64,000 nt of DNA from an uncultured Acidobacteriaceae bacterium. GTDB lineage: Bacteria > Acidobacteriota > Terriglobia > Terriglobales > Acidobacteriaceae. A program made the position numbers and the translations under genes. The notes beneath the pieces are model-generated. The model did not search any database and had not been told where the DNA came from. It saw only the letters and a program-made list of their open reading frames with translations. The stretch lies in NCBI GenBank assembly GCA_964247455.1, contig CAXTUR010000001.1, forward strand, positions 985 through 64,984, written 5' to 3'. Positions within the stretch are counted from its first letter, which is position 1; every line of letters begins with the position of its first letter. Below are positions 1 to 9,274 of the stretch, piece by piece.

Positions 1-2
1 GA

Positions 3-515
3 GATGCCACGGGTAAGCTCGGGGTGATTGCAAAGCAGATCACCAAGGACGAGCAGACGCACGTGAAACTGCTCCAGAAGCTGCTGGGACCTTTGGCAAT
101 TGCAAAGCCTTCGATCAACCTGGACGCGATGGATGGATTTTCGAGCTTCAAGGCGTTCCTGAACCTGGCGCGCGACTTCGAGGATGTCGGTGTATCAGCT
201 TACGGCGGCGCGGCCGGCCTGCTAAGCACGGCGGGTCTGAGCTACGGCGCGCGCATCGCCCTGGTTGAGGCGTATCACGCGAGCAGCCTTAGGTTCCTCG
301 TCGAGCAGAATGGCGTTAAGTCGCCGGCCGTCGATGCGCTTGATGTTCCTCCGCCTCCTGTTGGCAACTTCTTCTTCACGGTGGACAGCAACGCGCTGGC
401 AATCGTACGGACACCGAGCCAGGTGCTGTCGATTGTGTACGCGAACTCGACACCGGGCGCGAACTACGGCGGGTTCTTTCCGCGCGGCGTCAACGGGGCG
501 ATCACGACGGTCTAG
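3..515 (+). CDS. Ferritin-like domain protein (Ferritin_2 / desiccation-related family), 5' end outside window
   Basis: Frame is open from the window start; di-iron-type ExxH helices (DEQTH, FEDVGVSAY, VEAYHA) and C-terminal RTPSQVLSIVY...GGFFPRGVNG typical of this family. Confidence 0.8.
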   Translation, partial: DATGKLGVIAKQITKDEQTHVKLLQKLLGPLAIAKPSINLDAMDGFSSFKAFLNLARDFEDVGVSAYGGAAGLLSTAGLSYGARIALVEAYHASSLRFLVEQNGVKSPAVDALDVPPPPVGNFFFTVDSNALAIVRTPSQVLSIVYANSTPGANYGGFFPRGVNGAITTV

Positions 516-532
516 TCATTTAAATATAATCG

Positions 533-561
533 AGCCCTCTCTTCGGGGAGGGCTTCTTCTT
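533..561 (+). terminator. Intrinsic terminator after ferritin-like gene
   Basis: Stem agccctctc / gggagggct closing a TTCG tetraloop, followed by tcttctt. Confidence 0.75.
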
Positions 562-778
562 GCTTACGGAACCTGATTCCAGATTGAGCGACGGCAGTGC
601 GGCGATGATCTTCGGGTTTCAAGCGAGACGGTGATGACCTGCCAATGAGGGGAGGATGTATTTTAGGTCGTATTGAGAAGATCGACGTCGGTTCGCCGAT
701 GATTCGCGCTTCCCGAAGAGACGCTCAGTGCACTACTGTGTCGGCAGTTCGCTTTCTACTTTATTCAAAGTAAACACT

Positions 779-1480
779 TTATCCGTGGAGGGCGACGCCG
801 GAGTAGGTGACAAGGACGCGGCCTCGGACGGGTGTGCCGAAGACGCGGGCGGGTTCAAAGACGCTGAGCAGGAGGCGGTCACGAATCTGGGTGCGAACCG
901 CAGGATCGTCGGATTGAGGGCCGGAGACGATGGTGTAGTCATAGACGCGACCCTGGGCGTTGATGTCGGCCTCGATGACGATGGTGGCGTTATGAGCGGT
1001 GACGAAGGGGCGGGAGCGCTCAGCCGAGTAAAGATAGCGCGGGGTGGAGATGGCGGCGAGGGGCTCGTCGTTGGCCATGACAGCGGAGGGAGCGGCGACG
1101 GTTCCGAGCAGCAGGCCGACCGTGCCAATGAGCGCGACGGCGGTGGCGAAGCCGGCGGACAGCTGGATGGCGAGCGGGCGGACGGCGTTCTCCCACTTGA
1201 GGCTCAGCGTGTCGATGAGGCGAACGGACTGACGCGCCCGCTCGTGGGAGATGGCGAGGCGGAGCTTGAGGCCGAGGTCCGCGGGGACGGGGGGCTTGCG
1301 AAGAACGGCTAGGGAGTCCTGCATGGAGCGCCAGGCGGCGAAGTCCTGGGCGCAGGCGGTGCAGTCGCGGAGATGGCCGGCGACGCGCTGCATGGTGTGG
1401 CCACTGGTGACGCCGTCAAGATACTCCGAGAATTGGGCGCGTACGCCGTCGCAGGAGCTGAGTGTCTTCAACGGATTCAC
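779..1480 (-). CDS. Zinc-finger (zf-HC2/ZAS) anti-sigma factor with TM helix and C-terminal TonB_C-like domain
   Basis: HLRDCTAC (HxxxCxxC) motif, hydrophobic helix, C-terminal IEADINAQGRV...FEPARVFGTPV; overlaps sigma-factor stop by 4 nt. Confidence 0.8.
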   Translation of the reverse strand: MNPLKTLSSCDGVRAQFSEYLDGVTSGHTMQRVAGHLRDCTACAQDFAAWRSMQDSLAVLRKPPVPADLGLKLRLAISHERARQSVRLIDTLSLKWENAVRPLAIQLSAGFATAVALIGTVGLLLGTVAAPSAVMANDEPLAAISTPRYLYSAERSRPFVTAHNATIVIEADINAQGRVYDYTIVSGPQSDDPAVRTQIRDRLLLSVFEPARVFGTPVRGRVLVTYSGVALHG

Positions 1481-2169
1481 TGGGCGATCCTTGCCGGTGC
1501 GAAGGCACCTTCGGTAGCGGGGTGGCGCTGGGTCTCTGCGGCTTGGGCTTCAAGCAGAACTGTCTTGAGGGCGGCCCGTCCACGCATGAGACGCGACTTG
1601 ACGGTGCCAAGATTCACATCGAGGACTTCGGCGATCTCTTCGTAGGCGAAACCTTCGAGCTCACGAAGAATAACGACGGTGCGATACGCTTCGGGCAGCT
1701 GCTGGAGGGCGGCTTCCACCTTGGCGCGGACTTGATTCTGGGCGGCGCAGTCGAATGGGGAGTCGCGGCGGTCGGCGAGCGTGGCGGAGAGCGATGGCAT
1801 ATCGCTTTCATCATCGAGGCCTGCGGCAGAGGAGTCGATGGTGAGCTCCTGGCGCTTGTGGCGAGACCACCAGCGACGCTGATTTGAGGCCTCCCGGAGA
1901 GCGATGCGGTAGAGCCAGGTGCGGAGGGAGGACTCGCCGTGGAAGGAGCGAATGGAGCGGAAGACCTTGATAAAGACTTCCTGGGTGATGTCGGCGGCGT
2001 CGGCGGGATCTTGCAGGCTGCGCGCGATAAGCGAGTAGAGCGACGGGTGGAACTGGGCGATGAGCACGGCGAAGGCCTCTTCGGAGCCGGCTTTCAGCTC
2101 GCGCACCAAGGCGTCGTCATTCGTTTTGATGCCGAGTGTGCCCGCGAAATCCATCGTAATGCCCGCCAT
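1477..2169 (-). CDS. ECF sigma-70 factor (RpoE/SigW-like)
   Basis: Region 2 (DAADITQEVFIKVFR...TWLYRIA) and region 4 (LEGFAYEEIAEVLDVNLGTVKSRLMRGR). Confidence 0.93.
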   Translation of the reverse strand: MAGITMDFAGTLGIKTNDDALVRELKAGSEEAFAVLIAQFHPSLYSLIARSLQDPADAADITQEVFIKVFRSIRSFHGESSLRTWLYRIALREASNQRRWWSRHKRQELTIDSSAAGLDDESDMPSLSATLADRRDSPFDCAAQNQVRAKVEAALQQLPEAYRTVVILRELEGFAYEEIAEVLDVNLGTVKSRLMRGRAALKTVLLEAQAAETQRHPATEGAFAPARIAQ

Positions 2170-2281
2170 ACCGGGTGCCTCTACCTTACGTTCTTGAAGA
2201 GATGACGCGCAAGCAGCTTCTGCCGAACTGCGAGTGGGAAACTGCGCCGCCGGCGGCCGAGTGCTCGCTCACTCTTCCTTC

Positions 2282-2311
2282 TTAGACACCGAAGGGCTGT
2301 GTTTTAGTTCC
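2282..2311 (-). promoter_or_regulatory. Putative ECF (autoregulatory) promoter
   Basis: Minus strand GGAACT ... CGGTGTCTAA upstream of sigma gene; spacer is longer than the canonical sigmaE spacer. Confidence 0.4.
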
Positions 2312-2326
2312 CGATAGGCTAAAGCA

Positions 2327-2355
2327 TTGACGGATCGGCAGTGGGCGGTCAGAAT
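2327..2355 (+). promoter_or_regulatory. Sigma70 promoter of tRNA-Ala
   Basis: TTGACG-N17-CAGAAT, ending 23 nt before the mature tRNA. Confidence 0.65.
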
Positions 2356-2378
2356 GGAAGGAGTCCTTCCTTTAGAGT

Positions 2379-2454
2379 GGGCCTGTGGCGCAGCTGGGAG
2401 CGCGCTTCCATGGCATGGAAGAGGTCATCGGTTCGATCCCGATCAGGTCCACCA
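2379..2454 (+). tRNA. tRNA-Ala (anticodon GGC)
   Basis: 76-nt cloverleaf gggcctg...caggtcc-a-cca, anticodon arm cttcc-atggcat-ggaag, T-loop ggttcgatccc, G3:U70-type acceptor wobble, encoded CCA. Confidence 0.97.
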
Positions 2455-2753
2455 ATCATCTCAACAGCTTGGCGGAACACCCTTCCGAGAAATTGGCAGC
2501 AATTCTCGATTTGCCATTTGCCGACACTCTGCCAGTTGTCTCCCAACTCCCTTCCGAAGCGAATGCTACGTGGAATTACTGTAGGACTTCTTCGTCCTGT
2601 CAGCGCACCATCGCCTGCCGTTATGGCAGCAGGCGGCCTGATACCGGCCTTTTGCCGCGAGCTTCTTCATCGTGCTTTTTAACTCGTGATGAATAGCCAG
2701 CGTCGCGATCGTGCGCCGAATGGCCTGGAACGTGAGCTAAGATTGTCACCGGT

Positions 2754-3134
2754 CTACGGGATAACGGCGAGCTTCTTGGCCGCTAGTTCTTGCTCAACGA
2801 CGAGCCCGGAAGACAAGCTATGCCCATCCCAAGCGCGTCGCATTTGCTTGATGGTTTCCACGCTGGAAAACTCCGTAATAGTCTCGGCTTCGACCTGTGC
2901 CTGGGCGAGCGCATGTTCCAGCTTTGTACGGTAGGCACATCCCGCGTCCGTCAGGAGGATTGTGAGGCGCACCTGCTGGTCTAGGCGCTCAAAGAGCGGA
3001 ACAGCCAATTCTTGCTCTAGTGTACGGATCTGAATGCTTACGTTGGACTGCACGCAATGTGCGCGCTTCGCCGTCTTGGTGAAGTTAAGCTCGTGCGCCA
3101 GGATGCGGAAGATGTTCAACTGCCGAAACTCCAT
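2754..3134 (-). pseudogene. LysR-family regulator pseudogene (internal deletion plus compensating frameshifts)
   Basis: Intact HTH (MEFRQL..F..LAHELNFTKTA...QSNVSIQIRTLEQELAVPLFER) joined directly to late effector-domain residues; only 126 aa; the ALGMGIA motif is in another frame. Confidence 0.85.
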
Positions 3135-3440
3135 GAACTTCGCTCCGATTCATTTCATGCATGGCTTCCATCTAAACAGTTCATTTGACAGATGGACAAG
3201 GTTGAGTCACCGTAACAGTATTCACTTCCTGTTCACAAATGTTTACTCGCCCGACACGAAAAGCTGTCGGCGTGAAAGCGCTACTCGCCGCACTTGGAGG
3301 GGTATCGCCGCACCGGCCGATGGTTACAGCAGGACAACACCAGCAATTTCAGCTTGCGACACGCTTACGGGAGGCACCATGAAGCAGCAGTCTGGCATTG
3401 CACCAACGCAGAACTCGAGGCGTAGCGCACCACCTAAGCC

Positions 3441-5738
3441 ATGCCTGCTTTCGCCAAGCGGTTCGCTCGTCTGCTGGTGTTCACGACGCCATGCCTGCTC
3501 CTCATGGCCGGTGCCGCTTTAGCCCAAACGGCCAGCCCTGCAAGTCAGCAGCCTATTGCTTCGGGACAGTCAACGACTCCCCAGAAGCCCGCCATCGCAC
3601 CCGTCATGCAGTCAGTCACCGTCACCGCCGACAATCAGCTGCTGGAGCCGGAAGCCACGGGTAGCAGGCTTGGCCTTACTCCTTTGGAGACACCTGCCCA
3701 GGTCTTCTCGATCACACCCGACACCATCGAGCGGCGAGGATACACTCAGATCGAAGACGCCGTGGACAGTCTGCCGGGTGTCACCTCCGGTGGGTCCCCC
3801 GCCGACCCCTCCCAGTTCATCGTTCGTGGCTTTGTGGGCAACTATGTATCGCTGCTCCGTGACGGGGTCTACGTTGGACCGGCGAACATGGTGACACGGG
3901 CGGAGAACGCCTTCAATCTACAGAGCGTCGATCTCCTGTCGGGACCAAGCTCCGTGCTGTACGGTCAAGGTGCGGTAGGAGGAACGGTCAACCTCGTTAC
4001 GAAGAAGCCGATCTTTACGCCTATCAGTTTCGATGTGTACAGCCAGGTGGGCAGCTTCAGCACCTTCGAGGAAGGGCTTGGTGCCGGCGGGCAACTGACT
4101 AAGAGCTTGGCCTTCCGCGGAGATTTCAGTTACTACCAAAGTCACGGGTATGTCATCCATTCCAATCCGAAGAACCTAAACGGCACAGGTTCGCTGCTCT
4201 ATGCTCCAAGCAGGACACTGAACTTCCTGGTTGCCTTGGATGTTTTGAAGGACAAACTGCCCTCTTATTACGGTACGCCCTTAGTGACGACGGCATTCGC
4301 CACAAGTCCGCTTACCGGGGTCATCAGCAACAACCTGGGCTTTGCGCTCGATTCCCGGATGCGGTTCAACAACTACAACGTTGGGGACGCCTTACTCGAA
4401 TCGTCCAGCTATCAGCCATCACTGACCATTAACTGGCAGCCGACATCGAAGCTGACCATCTCGAACCGGACGTATTACTATCACGCCGCGCGGAACTGGA
4501 TGAACGCCGAGCAGTTCATCTTCATTCCCATTGGCACGGCCGATGACAATGGCGGTATCGCTCCCATCAACGAGATCGAGCGGGATCGTTTTCAGGTTCA
4601 TCACAACCAGCAACTTCCGGGCGATGGCTTGAACGTTGTTTATGACCATAGCCCCTTTGGCCGCAGCAACAAGTTTTCGGCAGGATACGAGTTTTACAAC
4701 GTGAGCTTCGTGCGACGGAGAGGCTTTAATTTCGCAAATAACTATGCCGACTTCGTGGATGCCCTTCATCCGGTACAAGGAACGTATGCTTCGCCTGTAG
4801 ACCCCGGTGACAACGATAAGCGTGTCGCGCCGACCAAGATTACGGATAACGCGGTGTACGCGGAGGATTCGCTGAAGCTCACTTCCAAGCTGAACGTCGT
4901 CACCGGCATCCACTTTGAAAACTTCTACCTGGACCGGCTGAACTTTGGACCGACCGGCGCGCCCCAGCCGGCGAACAACTTCAGTGGCACATACCATCCC
5001 CTCAGCCTCCGTGTCGGAGCGGTGTACGACCTGTATAAGGGTCTGACAGCTTACGGACAATTCACCACCGCCAACGCGCCTCCAGGAAGCAACATTTTTC
5101 TTGTGAACAATGTGCCTAACGCCCCGTTTCAGCTTTCGGGGGCGAAGGAAGGCGAGGTGGGGCTAAAGACCGACTTCCCACACAATTTCGGCGAGTTGAC
5201 GCTTGCGCTCTACGACATCAACGTCAACAACATCTTGACAGTCAACCAACAAACCAGCAATTCTTCGAACAGTGGGCAACAGAACTCCAAGGGTGTCGAG
5301 TTCTCCACCATTCTTCATCCCCTATCGTTTGTTGATGTCAATTTCAATACTGGGTACACGCATGCCCGGTACGGAGCCTTTGTCGATCCGAACACAAACC
5401 TTGACGACACCGGTAAGATTCCCGCCGATGTTCCGACAACCAGCGCCAACCTTTGGGTCGATACCCGCAGGATCGGCAGACTTCCGCTCGAAGTGGGTGC
5501 AGGCTTGCGTTTTCTGGGGGCGCGCTACGCCAACAATCAAAACAACATCACTCTCAACAACTATGCGACCTTCGATGTCTACGCGACTTACCACTTGAAG
5601 GAACGATTCGATTTTTCGGCGCGCGGCAAAAACTTGACTGACAAGGCGTGTGCATCGTTCGCGGACATCAACTATCCAACCGAAATCATCCTTGGCGCGC
5701 CACGTTCCTACATGGTGTCGTTCAACGGACACTTCTAA
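3441..5738 (+). CDS. TonB-dependent siderophore-type receptor
   Basis: Signal peptide, TonB box QSVTVTA, plug motifs (TPLETPAQV, SGPSSVLYGQGAVGGTVNLVTKKP), C-terminal Phe. Confidence 0.92.
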   Translation: MPAFAKRFARLLVFTTPCLLLMAGAALAQTASPASQQPIASGQSTTPQKPAIAPVMQSVTVTADNQLLEPEATGSRLGLTPLETPAQVFSITPDTIERRGYTQIEDAVDSLPGVTSGGSPADPSQFIVRGFVGNYVSLLRDGVYVGPANMVTRAENAFNLQSVDLLSGPSSVLYGQGAVGGTVNLVTKKPIFTPISFDVYSQVGSFSTFEEGLGAGGQLTKSLAFRGDFSYYQSHGYVIHSNPKNLNGTGSLLYAPSRTLNFLVALDVLKDKLPSYYGTPLVTTAFATSPLTGVISNNLGFALDSRMRFNNYNVGDALLESSSYQPSLTINWQPTSKLTISNRTYYYHAARNWMNAEQFIFIPIGTADDNGGIAPINEIERDRFQVHHNQQLPGDGLNVVYDHSPFGRSNKFSAGYEFYNVSFVRRRGFNFANNYADFVDALHPVQGTYASPVDPGDNDKRVAPTKITDNAVYAEDSLKLTSKLNVVTGIHFENFYLDRLNFGPTGAPQPANNFSGTYHPLSLRVGAVYDLYKGLTAYGQFTTANAPPGSNIFLVNNVPNAPFQLSGAKEGEVGLKTDFPHNFGELTLALYDINVNNILTVNQQTSNSSNSGQQNSKGVEFSTILHPLSFVDVNFNTGYTHARYGAFVDPNTNLDDTGKIPADVPTTSANLWVDTRRIGRLPLEVGAGLRFLGARYANNQNNITLNNYATFDVYATYHLKERFDFSARGKNLTDKACASFADINYPTEIILGAPRSYMVSFNGHF

Positions 5739-5789
5739 GATGGGCGGCTGTAATTGGAGGATCGCGCGAAAGCGACGGAAGGCCGAACC

Positions 5790-7301
5790 ATGAAAAAGAT
5801 GCTGGGTAGATTCATGGTCTGGCACCGATGGCTGGCACTGCCCTCCTGTCTTTTCTTCGGGATATGGTTTCTGAGCGGTGTCGTAATGATGTACGCCCGA
5901 ATGCCGGAACTTACAGAAGCCGACCGGATGCTTCGGCTTCCTGATCTCGATCTGAGTGCCGCATCCGTCTTTCCCGGCGCGGTCGCTTCGGTGGCGGGAC
6001 CGGAACGGATCACCCTGGGCATGTTAAATGGACGGCCCGCATACCGGATACTTCCCCATAAAGGACGATGGTTCTCCATATACGCGGACGATGGGTCGGC
6101 GGTCGGTGCATTGAGCGGCCATGCGGCGATACAATCCGCAGCCACGTTCAGTCGAGTAGATCCAAGTCAGCTCTCCTCTAAAGAAGAGATTGCGGACGTC
6201 GACCAGTGGACGGTCTACCCGGCGTCGCGGCCCTATCTGCCGTTTCATATCGTCAGCGGCAACGACACCACTCGCACAACCTACTACGTCTCCGCCGGAA
6301 CGGGAGCCGTCTATCTAACCACCACGCTTCGTGGAAGGTTTCTTGCGTGGTGCGGTGCTATCCCGCATTGGTGGTACATCACTGCCCTGCGCTCCAACAA
6401 CTCGCTGTGGCACTGGGTGATGATCGTCGCATCGGGCTGGGGCGTGCTGATGTCCATCTTCGGCTTCGCGGCCGGCGTTATGCGCTACTCGCCTTCCAAA
6501 CGGTACCGGTTTCCAGGACCGCGTTACTCGTCAGTTCCCCATGTCGGAATGAAGCGATGGCACTACATTCTTGGATACGGATTCGGCTTCATCACCTTCA
6601 CTTGGATATTGAGCGGCCTCTTCTCGATGAATCCAGGCAATTGGAGTCCAGGGCCGGAGGCATCCCTCGACGAGATCCACGCCTTTGCCGGTGCGCCTTT
6701 GGACACAAAAGCGTTCACCGTGTCTCCCGTGCGTGCGTGGAATATCTTCAGTCAATGCCTGCACCCGAAGGAACTCGAACTCGTCATGTTCAACGGGCAG
6801 CCGTACTACCTTGGAAGGGAGACGCCATTCAACGTCCGTCTCTTGCCGGCGACTGGATCTTCACCGAGCTGCCTGGACCAGGTGCCACTTTCCCAAGCGG
6901 TGACTGCGGGCAGCAGAGCAACAGGCGGTGCCGCTGTGCTCTCCGTGGATACGCTCACCGGCTACGATAGCTACTATTATGACCGCAATCATCGGAAGCC
7001 TTTGCCAGTAGTTCGTATCCGGCTTGCGGACGTCAAGCAGACGTGGCTCTATGTCAATCCTAGAACCGCGTTGATCCAGGCACGGTATACGGCGCGTAGC
7101 CGCTGGGAGAGATGGCTCTACAACGGGCTGCACAGCCTCGACTTTCCCTTTCTCGCATACCATAGGCCACTCTGGGATGTGGTCGTGATCGTACTCAGCA
7201 TCGGGGGATTCGCGCTCAGCTTCACGGGCATCGTTCTGACGGTCCGCTACTTACAGAAGTCGTACAAGAAGCGCCCGCGGCAAGTTGTGCGCCGCGCATG
7301 A
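5790..7301 (+). CDS. PepSY-associated TM helix protein (putative ferric-siderophore reductase)
   Basis: WHRWL, GAIPHW, RWHYILG and RWLYNGLHSLDF His-containing TM motifs; directly downstream of TBDR; start may be 5754. Confidence 0.85.
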   Translation: MKKMLGRFMVWHRWLALPSCLFFGIWFLSGVVMMYARMPELTEADRMLRLPDLDLSAASVFPGAVASVAGPERITLGMLNGRPAYRILPHKGRWFSIYADDGSAVGALSGHAAIQSAATFSRVDPSQLSSKEEIADVDQWTVYPASRPYLPFHIVSGNDTTRTTYYVSAGTGAVYLTTTLRGRFLAWCGAIPHWWYITALRSNNSLWHWVMIVASGWGVLMSIFGFAAGVMRYSPSKRYRFPGPRYSSVPHVGMKRWHYILGYGFGFITFTWILSGLFSMNPGNWSPGPEASLDEIHAFAGAPLDTKAFTVSPVRAWNIFSQCLHPKELELVMFNGQPYYLGRETPFNVRLLPATGSSPSCLDQVPLSQAVTAGSRATGGAAVLSVDTLTGYDSYYYDRNHRKPLPVVRIRLADVKQTWLYVNPRTALIQARYTARSRWERWLYNGLHSLDFPFLAYHRPLWDVVVIVLSIGGFALSFTGIVLTVRYLQKSYKKRPRQVVRRA

Positions 7302-7375
7302 ACGCTTGGCGTTTGGGATTCGTATCTAAATACGCCTTAGTCACGCAGAGCTTTCTTTGCTTTTTGCTATCAGGC

Positions 7376-7693
7376 TCAGTCAGTCCGTTTCCGCAGTTTG
7401 TCGCCGCTGAACCACGGATAAAGGATTGGAAGCACGTACAGCGTAAGGATTGTTGCGGTGATTAGGCCGCCAATGACCACCGTGGCCAGGGGACGTTCGA
7501 TCTCCGCGCCTCGCGAAGTAGAAACCGCCATCGGAACGAAGCCCAACGAAGCGACCAGCGCCGTGATGAGCACGGGGCGAAGGCGGTCGGAGCCCCTGAT
7601 GGACGGCGTCCTCCATCTCCTTGCCTTCTTTCCGGAGCGAGTGATGTGGCTGACCATGACGACGCCGTTCAGCACCGCGATGCCGAAGAGGGC
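7376..7693 (-). pseudogene. C-terminal remnant of CzcA/CusA heavy-metal RND pump
   Basis: LFGIAVLNGVVMV...RLRPVLITALVASLGFVPMAVSTSRGAEIERPLATVVIGGL; about 100 of about 1050 aa remain. Confidence 0.88.
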
Positions 7694-7898
7694 ACTAGCT
7701 CTCGGCTGGGCAGATGGATGCGGTTGAACGTGCTCTGAATCAAGAAGTGGAGTGCTCCAGTTGGTCGGCCGCCAGAGGCGGTATGAATTCGCTTATGGCG
7801 GATCATCTGATCATCACGTGGTGGAGCCTGAAGACAACGTTAATCCACGGGAAGCAGCGGAGGAACTGATCGACGTATTCAGGACCTAGCTAAATTAG
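7694..7898 (+). pseudogene. RcnR/FrmR (CsoR-family) metal-sensing repressor remnant
   Basis: Hand translation across small deletions/frameshift: GQMDAVERALNQEVEC..AARGGMNSLMADHL..HHVVEPEDNVNPREAAEELIDVFRT*; not in ORF track. Confidence 0.75.
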
Positions 7899-7978
7899 TA
7901 GAGGGTAGCGGACGAACATACGGATTCCTAATAAATACAACGAGAAATCACGACTTCCATCCAAAGGCTCGCTGGCTT

Positions 7979-8900
7979 CTAAACACCGCCGTCGTTCGCT
8001 AGCGTGGGACCCCCTTCCGCCACAGTAACAACCGGGCACGGTGCCGCCACAATGATCGGGAACGCTCCCGAAGTTCTGTTCTGCATTCCGAGGTGAGTAT
8101 TCCGGCGCAATCCGAGCACCAGTAAATCGATCTGCCGCTCATTGATATGACTCAAGATTTGCTGCGCCGGGTCTCCCACGCAGACGAAGGTGTGGGGCTC
8201 CGTCACCTTTGCGGCATTATGGGGCAGAAACGATTCGACGGCTCCATAGAAGTGCGCCTGGAGCGCCTTCATGCGATCTGGATGTTCGACCTCGTGGGCG
8301 TGAACCACGTTCAACACATCGAGTTCCGCCTCGAATGCTTCCGAAAGCGCCACGGCTGTGGGAGCGGCATGAGCGGCTTCCCTGGAGCAGTCCGTTGCAT
8401 ACAAGATGCGCCGGATCTGCAGCGCCACCCGCTTGCAGGATGTTCACGCGGGGTCCTATCGTGAGCGCGGCGCCGGAGGAGTTCCGGAGCACACCCTCCG
8501 CTGTAGATCCGAGGACGAAGCGATCGATGCGCCCGCCCCCATGTGTGCCAAGGACGAGAAGAGACGGGTGACGAGTCAAGGCGTAGTCGGGGATGCTTTT
8601 GCACCAATCGCCGCGCAACAGCACAGGCTCCGGTCGATCTACGCCAGCCTCTAAAACGTCGGCGGCAAGGGCAAGGTCATGATCGAGGTCCCGCCTTTGC
8701 ATGCTTGGTTTTTGGGTCATCAACTCCGCTTCCTCCGCCGCCGGAACCAGGGCGAAGGCGTGAGCCACGACGAGCTTTGTATGGAAGCGCACGGAGATGG
8801 CCGACGCATACAGTCCCGCGTTGTGGGACGCCGGCGAGAAGTCGGTGGCGAAGACGACCGTGTCCAATTGGATAGTGGAGCTTGTGCCGAAAACGGCCAT
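7979..8900 (-). pseudogene. Tandem-domain universal stress protein, frameshifted near 8430
   Basis: USP1 (VVFATDFS...LVLGTHG...LGSTAEGVLR) in ORF 8217-8903 and USP2 (ILYATDCS...DLLVLG...APCPVVTV) in ORF 7979-8428, different frames. Confidence 0.8.
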
Positions 8901-9274
8901 CACTTGCCTCCCTGAAAAAAGCTGTACAGCAGAATGAGAAACACCGAAGCGCTGATCGCGGTATAAAGCCGATCCCGCTGCCGGAAGAAGCCAACGATGC
9001 AGAAGAGCACCCGCAGCACCGGCGTCGCGATCAGAAGCAGCATTCCAAGCTGAATGATGCCGGCTCCATCGAACCGCGAACTCCCACTCAGCTTACCTGC
9101 GAGAGTTCGAAGAGAAAGCGGATCGGGACGAAACACGCTGTAGCTGGGCTTAGCCGCGCCACTGCGCAGATAGAGTAACCCACCGCAAAGCACGACTAAA
9201 GCCGCCAGGCTGACCCCGTATTGAAGCATCTTGCCGATCGCAGCTTCCATCTGCTCGTCCGTAAAGGGCTTCAT
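8900..9274 (-). CDS. DUF1634 membrane protein
   Basis: IGKMLQYGV...GMLLLIATPVLRV; usual partner of TauE. Confidence 0.85.
   Translation of the reverse strand: MKPFTDEQMEAAIGKMLQYGVSLAALVVLCGGLLYLRSGAAKPSYSVFRPDPLSLRTLAGKLSGSSRFDGAGIIQLGMLLLIATPVLRVLFCIVGFFRQRDRLYTAISASVFLILLYSFFQGGK

Noticed and set aside
728-1312. 194-aa acidic Gly-rich plus-strand ORF, and similar long overlapping ORFs (22837-23889, 31719-32723, 49400-50260, 55496-56392)
   Set aside because: Alternative-frame or antisense ORFs expected in high-GC DNA; each overlaps a gene with clear family motifs
3245-3370. Cobalamin or other riboswitch upstream of the TBDR
   Set aside because: Only a small hairpin (ccgaca/tgtcgg); no B12-box or other consensus found
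7726-7735. Operator-like GAACGTGCTC (and GAGCACGTTC at 59987)
   Set aside because: Both lie in coding-derived sequence outside the cluster, in line with the chance expectation
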